Of a stretch of 64,000 nucleotides of DNA, positions 13,452-23,002 are shown piece after piece. Numbering within the stretch: the first letter of the stretch is position 1; every line of letters begins with the position of its first letter. The notes beneath the pieces are model-generated. The model saw only the letters and a list, made by a program, of their open reading frames with translations, had not been told where the DNA came from and did not search any database. This DNA is from Iphione sp. A-MEVVRFRX5 (taxonomy: Eukaryota), in contig OZ320316.1 of NCBI GenBank assembly GCA_976226885.1, positions 84,816,001 through 84,880,000 of the forward strand, in the 5' to 3' direction. The position numbers and the translations under genes were made by a program.

Positions 13452-16199
13452 CTCCAAGGTTCGGTGGTCTATAGTAGAAGGCCAGGAGCGGTGGGATTTC
13501 TCAGGCGAGGTATACTTTTCGTCCTCGCCCTCGAGGTTAAAGCTGACTTCCTTCTTGGGCTTGTCCTTCTCATCGCCCGAGGAACAGTTACTATTGTGCA
13601 TGCCGACTCCTTTTCCTGAGCAGGAATCATCGGAGTCTTTGGGTGCCTCCCGCGAGTGGAGCATCTTGAGAGCTTCCATGCGGCAGTTGTACTTGTGATG
13701 GCGGCGCTCGAGGTCCTGACGCCGGATACAGATAATGGCGATGATGAGGATGACGACGACCACGCCCGACCCGCAGGCCAGTGTGATGACGATGGTAAAG
13801 TTATGCCCAGTTAGGATGTGGGGCTCAGCCACAGGGAAAGCAATCGATTTGTTCACCATCACGTTCAAGCTGGTGCTCACACTCTTGGGTGAGACTCCAT
13901 TGTCAGAGACGCGTATCGTCAACTGGTACAAAAAGTAGCTTATATCACCCAGGTCTTTGTTGATGGCGATCGTGCCGACAGTCGGGTCCATGCGGAAGGC
14001 GGCCTCCTCGTTGCCGGACACTATGGTGTAGGTGAGGTTGCCGTTGCGACCATAGTCCCGATCGTAGGCCTGCACCTTGGTGATGATATAGCCGAGCGGT
14101 GACTTGTTTGAGATGTGGATAGTGTTGTTGAACTCGGACGGGAAGTCGAACACCGGCGGGTTGTCATTCTTGTCGGCAACGTAGATGGAGACCGTAGCCG
14201 TACTGCTCATAGGTGGGGTGCCGCCGTCTTTGGCTACCACCACGATGTAGTAGACTGCCTGTTGTTCCCGGTCCAACTCGGCCTTGGTTACGATTCGCCC
14301 CGTATGAGGGTCGATCTCGAACTTACTCATTGCATTGCGGTCGGGCGCAAATGAGAATTCGAAGGCGTTGTACGGCGTGCTGTCGGTATCCACAGCATGC
14401 ACGAAGCCCACCTCTGTGCCAGCAGGCTCGTTCTCGTAAACACCAAACGAGTAGGTCGGCGTAGAGAACTCCGGCCGCTCATCGTTGACGTCATTGATGG
14501 CCACTATCACCTGAGCGCGGCTCTTTTTCTTGGGCTGGCCGCGATCGGCTGCGATCACATGAAAGCTGAGCTGCTGGGTCTGTTCGCGATCAAACACGGC
14601 CCGCGCCGAGATCCTCCCCGTGAAGCGGTCCACCTGGAAGTAATCGCCAGCATCACGATCCAGGCTGTACACGATCTCGGCGTTGCGACCTTCGTCGCGG
14701 TCGGTGGCGTTCACCTGCACCACAAACACGCCCATGTAGTTATTCTCTATCAGACTCGATGTGTACACATCCTTGCTGAAAATGGGGACGTTGTCATTCA
14801 CATCGGTCACAATCACCTGGATGTGTTTGATGGAAACCTGCGGGTCTTCGCCGAAATCCTCACACTTTATAGCCAGGTTGTACTGAGAGCGGATCTCCCT
14901 ATCCAGGTGCGATCGCGTCACAATCTTGTACTCACTATCGTAGAGGCGCTGCAGTTGGAAGTGGTTGTCGTTGAGACTGCAGTTGAACTGTCCATTGCGC
15001 CCTTTGTCGCTGTCGGTGACGGTGATGTGTGCGACAAACGTCTCCAAGTCGGCATCCTCAGTCACCTCGGCCTGGTCGACACCAATGGCCGCCAAGGTGT
15101 TTACCCTGATGACTGGAGCATTGTCATTCACATCGATGACGCGCACAACAACAGTGGCATCTACAGGCAGGGAATCGGCGCCCTTGTCACGCGCTGTCAC
15201 AGAGAGGGTGTAGATCGGGTGCTCCTCGAAGTCCACCTCACCGCGCACGTAAACCTCACCGGTCACATTCTCAACGCCAAACGTCCGGCCATGTACGGCA
15301 CGTGTCTGGCTGGACAGGCTGTAGACAATCTGACCATTGGCGCCGGCGTCTTTGTCTGTGGCATGGATGCGCCCGATCGTTGTTCCCATGGCCACATTTT
15401 CGTAGGTCATGAACTCATAGGTTATGTTGTCGAACACTGGGCTGTTGTCGTTGGCATCCTGGACGGTCACGGCGATGCCGACCGAGCCAGACTTAGGCGG
15501 GTTGCCACCGTCATGCGCCATGACTTTCATTTCGTAGAAGTCCTGCTTCTCACGGTCCAGCCGACCTTGTAGCACCAGGAGGACTTTGGTGGAACCGTCC
15601 AGTTTCTCCTCCACGTCCAGCCGGAACATGCGGTCACTGGAGATGAGCTCGTAGCGCTGGATGCCGTTGGCACCGCTATCAGGGTCAATGGCAGTCGGGA
15701 TGACCAAACCGGTTCCTGGCAAGGCTGACTCCAGGATTTGGCGACGGATCTGCGCCTCAGTGAAGCGTGGCTGATTATCGTTGTTGTCCAGAATCTCAAC
15801 CCACACCTTGATGATCTCCAGGAACCGTGACCCTTCGGCGATGATAACGACAACGTCGAGGGAGATAGCGCACTCGAGCTTCTGCGGACAGGACCGGTCG
15901 CGGTCTATGCGGTCACCCGTCCGGATGATGCCGGACTCTTCCTCCAGCACGAACGTCCACTCCGGCTGCGACATTAGACGAAAACGAACCTGGTCCACAA
16001 CAAACCGGTCGTAGCGGTCTTCTACGGCAGCATCTTGTCGCACATTACCGACAAACGTACCCGGGTCCTGCTCTTCAACGACGGTATACCGGATGGTCTT
16101 TGCCTCCTCTCCAGCAGGTGATGCGTGGGGGACGGTGATTAGGAGGGCCAAGACCGACATCACTACCGGCATGAGAAGTGAGAGGCGTGGACGAGCCAT
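13452..16199 (-). CDS. Protocadherin (delta1 / PCDH1-7-9-11-like), large first coding exon: signal peptide, EC1-EC7, TM, juxtamembrane tail (916 aa). Downstream exons not located.
   Basis: The ORF translation shows 7 cadherin repeats with linkers DNNDNQP, DANDNSP, DVNDNAP, DVNDNVP, DVNDERP and DKNDNPP, plus (L/F)DRE motifs. EC1 has the protocadherin C-x5-C motif (CPQKLEC, 15870-15890). Hydrophobic signal peptide MARPRLSLLMPVVMSVLALLITVPHASPA follows an ATG in GCCATGG context at 16199. TM FTIVITLACGSGVVVVILIIAIICI lies at 13725-13799. A phase-0 donor GAG|GTGAGT follows 13452. The specific paralogue cannot be named. Confidence 0.96.
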
Positions 16200-17226
16200 G
16201 GCGTTAGTGAAGAAATAGAACGGGATTGCCCTCTTGATGTGTAGCAACGCTTCAAGGGATGAAAGAACTTCCACCTGTGGAGGTTCGATCTAACCGAGGT
16301 ATACACAAGGGGGCGCAATGAAGAGGTACCGTCTCTATGTGCAACTCCTGGGGCGGGCAGGCGTCGCTGACATGTTTTGTCACCTGGATGGCGTCGTGTC
16401 GTCAGCGCCTCTGGTCATCTGCGCGGCAAATGACGACCGACTAGCTTTTGGTGTTGTCCTCACGCTCATTTACTCCTGGAAAACGAACAACAGGTGGCAA
16501 ACGTTAGTTTAGGATTTCAAATAAATACGCCGCGCAAGAAAACAAATTTAGACAACAATGTGTAAAACAAGAAAGATCTCTGGGACAGGATTGTGACACA
16601 GGTACAAATGCACATTACAACTAACAAGAAAAAAAAACTCATGATAGGAATTTCATGCGTATTTTCTTTTGCTCTTCGACAGCTCCTATATAACCTTTTA
16701 CGCTTCCAGTGCTGCCCCATTTTGATAAACTGGTTTAGTGAACAGATTCGCAAATAGAAGGAAAGGAAGGAAACGAGGTAGAATCACTCTCTTTTCCCAC
16801 ACTCTGCAAGAGTATGCCCAGTTAGAGAACCACAATATGTGTGCCCTATACGGCTTCAAAGTCTCCAATTTACCTCGCGCAGATGTCAGATACGCAGTCT
16901 ACCTGGACCAACGGACTACCTTCTCTGAAGACAGGTGTCACGAGCCTAAATATCTACAAAGCCACCCCCTTCTTTCGAGTTGGGTGTGTCATGACCTTTT
17001 CGCCACAGTCAATGCCACACAAAGTGAATGTAATCACATACCCAGCCCACCTTTCACCAATCGCCGCTAACAGGACATAGCTGCAGGCGGCGCAAGGCTC
17101 ACACTTCCGCCGGGTAATAACTGTCTTTTCGACGGCACCACCCTTATCCGCGATCTTGAATTTCAGTCGAATGGCAACGCGCCGAATGGGCAATAGATGT
17201 GCACAGAGCGATGGCAATTTACCTAC

Positions 17227-17405
17227 CGGCAATGTAAAATGCTTGATCGGCTCCCATCAACCGCAGACGAGTATGAGTTATTCCAATAGTGGAAAAGAAG
17301 GTCTGGTTGCACGTTAACGAAAGACACGCAGTGGCGATAATGTTATCTTTAGCAGACCGAGTCAGTACTACTGTGATGCTGACGATGACAGTCGGTGAGT
17401 AGAAT
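17227..17405 (-). other. Putative non-coding first exon (5' UTR) of the protocadherin
   Basis: Begins at the Inr A (17405) and ends at donor CCG|GTAGGT (intron starts 17226). The matching acceptor is cctccacAG|GTGG at 16275/16274, giving a 952-bp intron. Confidence 0.6.
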
Positions 17406-17515
17406 GAAACACCCGAGTCCAGCTCAGTTGTATATATAAGGCACAGGGGCTGTCGGTCGCGCGGCAGAGCGGGTGGAACCGGGTGTCGTTTCATATGCAA
17501 ATCGTAAAGCATTGT
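17401..17515 (-). promoter_or_regulatory. Core promoter: TATA box, Initiator, upstream octamer and Sox-like site
   Basis: Minus-strand TATATATA at 17438-17431 lies 31-33 nt upstream of Inr TCATTC (A+1 = 17405). ATGCAAAT is at 17495-17502 and CATTGT at 17510-17515. Confidence 0.6.
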
Positions 17516-20500
17516 ATTCGGGCGGTGGATGCAGCGATGCTAAATGACCAACCAGCCTATGAGCGTCGGCCGAAGGCCAAGCATTCTGGATGCATTCCCA
17601 CTAGGCGCGAGTAGTGTCCCGGAGTGTTGTGTAGCGGTTCCCACTGAGCCCCCAGCCCCATACAAACACTTCAATTAACCCCGGCTTTGTAACGTGTTTG
17701 CCGCACACACAAGGCAAACTTTGTCGAGCGTCCCAATTTGGGAGGTAGATCAAACAGTCCAGGTGGACAGTAAACCACAGTTTGTGGCGAGTATCTCCTC
17801 AGTTGTTGTGCTCACCTCGACCGTATGCCTGAGGCCGTTATCGATACGCCATGGCCACAAAAAACCACAATTTCAAGCGAAAATCTTCTCAGCCTTTTCA
17901 GTTTCAAAGGGCACACAGGAATGCCAATCTGTCGCAGAATCATTGTTAGATCGTTAAAATGCTACTTCTAAAAGAAGTAAGACATTTGTTTCGGACACGG
18001 AAAACATTGACACTGGCTACTAAAAGGACGTAAACAAAACCAGTATAGTTGTAGTTGCCCCCTGTTTTACATGTGATCCTGATTTTATGTATTGCACACT
18101 GTCTACTGCTCCCATAAACTGAAGGGTGTTGCCGAATCGCGGCAAAGAGGTTTAGCTAATTGATGTTAAGCTTCCCCAGCTGCAAGCACAAGAATCACCT
18201 GGATTAATACTTCAAACCTTACTGTGTATACACACGGATTATCATTGTCGCTGAGTCAAATCCAGCCGGTTGGAATTAGGGAGCCCATTTGAAGGAGAAC
18301 GAGGGTATTGCCGGGCGTTTAATGATGACCTCCCAGGAGCAAGACGCCGGCGCTCAGGTAATTAGATCGCTGTCCCTGCGGCTATTGTGAACCTGACTAA
18401 AGCGGTGTAAACTTCGTTAGTGGTGACCACCTGCCAGCTGTATGACTGACTTCTGCTATCATTCCCCGCCCTGTCTATTTGATGGGCGCCTCTGAAGTCA
18501 ATACCTGCTCATTGTCATAAGATTCCTCTAGCAGTCGTTGTACATTATCCTCACGCGCGGCGGTTGTTCTACGTGGCTAATTAAACTGCTATGGTGCCTC
18601 GGGTTTCCCATCGAAACTACGGACCGCAGTGAGAACAGGCCTAAAGAGGGCTCCACACGCGACATTACAAGACCGGTGCTATCTACCAGCTTTCCTCTTC
18701 TCCTTCGCAGTGGGTGGATGTGGAACAATCGATTAATGGATGTAACCCGGAACTTAAATGTAAGAAAAAAATCCTAAACACTCTTTTCATTGAACTAAAA
18801 CAGCCCCTATCTTTGCACATTCTCTGAGAATAGACCACGGCGTCATTTCTGACTGAGCCAGGCTCTTTGACAACTAGATTTCCTGCCGTGTGGGCTTCAG
18901 ACTGTGGTCTTGTTTGAGATGGCCGTATACACTCTTCTTTCTATTTATGTCTCTAAGGTGCTAAACACTCTCTGTACTATATTTATCATCAAGAGTTGTG
19001 CAGTTGTCCGGTTCATATTTCGCTTAGAGCTGTGGATTCATTGTTCGTTGCTTATGTGAACAGGCATATGGCAAATGCACAGCTCAATGTTGGGCCTCTA
19101 AGTGCTCTGGGCGTTTCCTTGCAGGTATCCGTTTACAAATGAATCTTGCCAACGAGAGGCACTGATTATATATCCCATGGTTATCATGTTTTCACACTGT
19201 TTATAAAGTGGCCCTGCCCATCTAGTTCATTGATTGTGACCTTGTCTACGATGTCCTTGATTCCGGGTTTTAACCGTATTTTTCTTGCCAAGTTTGATTT
19301 GTAAGGTTCATTGACATGGCGGCTATACACAGGATGTTTGATCATTGTGGATGTTGAGCACGGGGGTGTGACCTTCTACGAATGTTTTTTTACGTTACTA
19401 GTGCACGTGCCATTAGTGATGAGGTGAGATCAGTATGTATATACGACACAGATAAAGGGTTGTTTTTTTAAATAAGGCGTAGCAAATCTAGAATGTGTGA
19501 TTGCCTATCTCTCCGCATCTCTGTGTATTTGCATATCCTTTACAAATGATGAAAAGAATGGCGTGTTTTGTGAAAGCTTATTAAGAAGGTCCAATTAAAA
19601 TGTTATCTTACAATCTACACTGAAGATATACATGTATTTGCGTCAACGACAGAAAAAAAAAACACTTGAAGCACTGTTATGTTGATAGCGCGGAGCTTTT
19701 GATTTCATAGCGCTGGAGACAGTGATAATACTTTCGATTAAGTTTGATTAAGTTTTCTATATTTTCTTAAATGTTCGTACTCATTGCTCCTTGCGCTATA
19801 CAAAACTTAATTTCTAATGTCATCATGATTTTCCACTATTTTGCCGCAGTTCTTCGGCACTCAAGCCCAAAGTCCGGCCCGCCACCCAGCGGTGACGTTT
19901 GTCTTCATTCCCTAACTTTTGAATGTGCTTCGTTACTAAGCTTCAATGGCACAGATAGAAATTGAATTCTTGAGATGGACCTTGGCAATATTGAGGACAC
20001 TTGGTAGCAAGAGGCCGAATCGTGACCATCTTCCCTGAAACTTTGGACGCATAGACTCGATACAACATTAGGGGCATCAATGTTGTCTGATAAACAGGTC
20101 TGTGGTACTTGTCAATAAAGTCAGAGCGGGTTGTAGCCTTTGGGGGCTGTTTGAGCCCCTACCTCGACGCTATTATCTTGTGTGTTGACGGTTGGCCTGC
20201 GTTTCTCCCGAGGCTTCTCACGCGTACCTGACACTACGCGCAGGTCCAGGCGTGGATCACCCAAGGGCCCTTAGCAGAGCGCCACTGTTGTACAGCGCCA
20301 GTCAGGAGTGTTAGCTATGCTGAAGCTCTTGTTGCAGCGGCCTTGCACGGACCCCCAACTCCCGGATAACCCACCCACCTGATCCCTAATCGGACCGTAC
20401 CACGCCGTCATTGTATTCAAACGCTTCCGTTCGCATTGGCCGCCGTGATGTAAGACATCGATAGTCCCCCATTATCGCCGAATCGAACGGATCTGATACA

Positions 20501-22020
20501 AACGAGTGGAGAGGTCGACCCCACAGGACTTTCAATAGTGCGAGAAATGCGCTCTGAATGGTAGGATCGGTGGCGGGATCTCATGGCCAGCGCTGGGGAC
20601 CTATTCACCGCGCTCAACGGCAGTCCGGGACAGTATCAACGCTCCCATGTGCGCCGTCGCACGCAGCACAAGACGGAAAATAGCGCAAAGTAGCGGGAAG
20701 TAGCGGCACCCGTGAGGGGAGAGGCAGGAGACGGCGCTACTCACCGCTCTTTGTCGTCGATCTTCCGACCGCTGCGTCTCAATGGCTGTCGCTGCGGTCG
20801 CCGTCTGGTACGAGCTGCACCGACGGAATGTTACTGTTAAATATGCTCAGTGCTCAAACTAAATAGTTTTTTTGTTCCACGGAAGTATATGGGTTTGAAA
20901 TGCGTAGAAATAAGGGTGACACATAAACATGTAAGCAAGATGTAAAAATAGACCCCGTACTTACAAATAGTGCTGTTGTATTTTCCCAGAAATGTCATAT
21001 TATATGCAAGTCCTTCCTACGATATTTATACTAATAACAGAGGTATCCTTCCATGACGGCAGTCCTCTTAATAACGATATCCAGCTACAGGTTTCGATAT
21101 GAAATTCAACGCTGGAAATGTTAAAATTTAATCTGTCGTACATGTATATGACATATGCACTAAGTGTATCCACTTATATCCAGGTTTGTTTACATGCACG
21201 ACGTATGCCTCGGAAAATAAATTAATAATTCACATCTGGCACGTACTCAAACAGGAATCTTAACACATTACGTTTTGAGATGGCAATTTGAGAAAATATT
21301 CAAAGGAAATCTGTATCTCTTAGAGAAACTAAGCATTAATTCAGTAAAATTTGAGGGTAAGGACAGCGACATTGAACAACACCCACGACACGTAATAAAA
21401 TGCTGATAAGATCAGGACCTGACAGTGAAGCATCGGTGCAGGTAGGTGAGAGCGCACGAGAATGAAGCTACCCCCATCGAAACAAAGTGGTACTTACTGG
21501 CTGGCAACTGTGTCAGATTAGGTAAGTCTGGATTATGAGTATTCAACAAGCAGACCCGCACCAACAGCTGCAGTCCCTTGAGCGTGGACACAGACTGACT
21601 AGGAACCCTCCTCCCCACCCAGCCGTGTGAATAGCCATCTGTCAGCACCGCCATGGCATATTACAGACAGTGTCATACAGGCGGCGTGCTCCACATTTGT
21701 ATACACCAATGCGCCACGTTCGCGGGCTCAATGGCCGGAGCTTTGCCTTCGTAAACCAGGCTTCATGTAAATGCAAACTTAACGACTTCCAAGGTCATTG
21801 ACTTTAAACTCAAGGCCTGTAAACTAAAGGTCCATTACATTTTCTAGTATACACTTGGGTGTATCTGCCAGTATCTAAGAAATCATCACCCAGGGGGCGT
21901 GGTGTCCGCGTGCATCAGGAGAAGGCCCATCAATCCCTACCTCCATTCTTCTCTGACTCTTCTAACGTCGATTTGCATACTTATCTGCGGTCATCTCGGG
22001 CCCACCCGCGGCTGTTATTC

Positions 22021-22023
<3 letters not shown>

Positions 22024-22089
<66 letters not shown>
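22024..22089 (+). repeat. (AG)33 microsatellite
   Basis: Perfect dinucleotide run. Confidence 0.98.
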
Positions 22090-22090
<1 letters not shown>

Positions 22091-22824
22091 AGTAGGAGGG
22101 GGGAGGGTCTTCGGCCCCGGCATGCCCTGTACCACGGCACAACCTAACTAGTCTGTGGGGGCTGTCTGCTGGACTGGATCATCCGTCCCTGACGCCTGTT
22201 ATCTCATGGCCGGTCTCCACCAAGCTATCAGTTCTGTGCGCGGCGCATCATTTCCATACAAAGCCTCAGAGACCGCCTCCTGTCGCATTGACATTTCCGC
22301 GGGCGATGACCTGGAGAACCTGTTTGTTTCCCTCACAGGAGTGCCGTCACCGCGTATGAGCCACCGACGCGCAGATCACAGCCGCGCACGGCTTTCAAGC
22401 GCTCCACATCAGAGAAAGGGTTATAATTAGTCAGCCTTTGTAGCACCTATCGCCAGATAAATGGACCATCTTGCGCATCCGTTTTTTCCCTGACAGATTG
22501 GAGGCCCATTACTTGAGGTGACCAATGGGGTCACTTTTAAAACAAAGGGTGATTTCGTACACAGGCACACAGGCGATAAAGACGCTCATCCCACTGGCAG
22601 TGCTACTTAGTTTGTCTTTATGGTTGCCATAATATTTAAATTTAGTAACTTTGCTTCAGTGTTGTTGCGGCTGATACGAGCCGCTTGGCTGCGTCGGCGA
22701 CAGAATCCCTTAAGGGTAGGGACCCCAGCCTTGCTGCAACTGCATCATCGGCCATCACGCCTGATTTCCTTCACAGAAGCAGCCAGCGTTCGACTGTCAC
22801 CTCTCACGCTACCTGCGCCCATAC

Positions 22825-23002
22825 CTGAAAATTGCCTCTTACTACGACCAGACAACGTATCACGTTTCGCTCTGGAGTCGGCCGCTTTCTCCCTGCGGCA
22901 GCTCCAACCAGTTCCGGTCGAGTGGCGTCCTGCACTGCGCATATTGTCCTTTGGCCTTCACTGCCACAGGAAACGGTCGGTCCTAGTGTCACCCCACGCC
23001 CC
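22825..23002 (-). promoter_or_regulatory. Candidate distal CpG-rich promoter / non-coding exon
   Basis: Strong donor CAG|GTATGG (exon ends 22825). GC-box GGGGCGTGGGG at 23002-22992. Lies in a CpG-rich block (~21850-23050). Confidence 0.3.

Noticed and set aside
14397-15572. 391-aa plus-strand ORF (and other ORFs within 13383-16014)
   Set aside because: It is an antisense shadow of the GC-rich protocadherin exon, with no domain features of its own.
16200-16274. N-terminal 25 aa (MEVLSSLE...) of the 977-aa ORF
   Set aside because: The track starts at a GTG that is the first codon after a splice acceptor (cAG|GTG). The ATG at 16199 has a strong Kozak context and is followed by the signal peptide.
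21859-22147. ORFs with ERERER/RERERE runs
   Set aside because: They are translations of the (AG)33 microsatellite.
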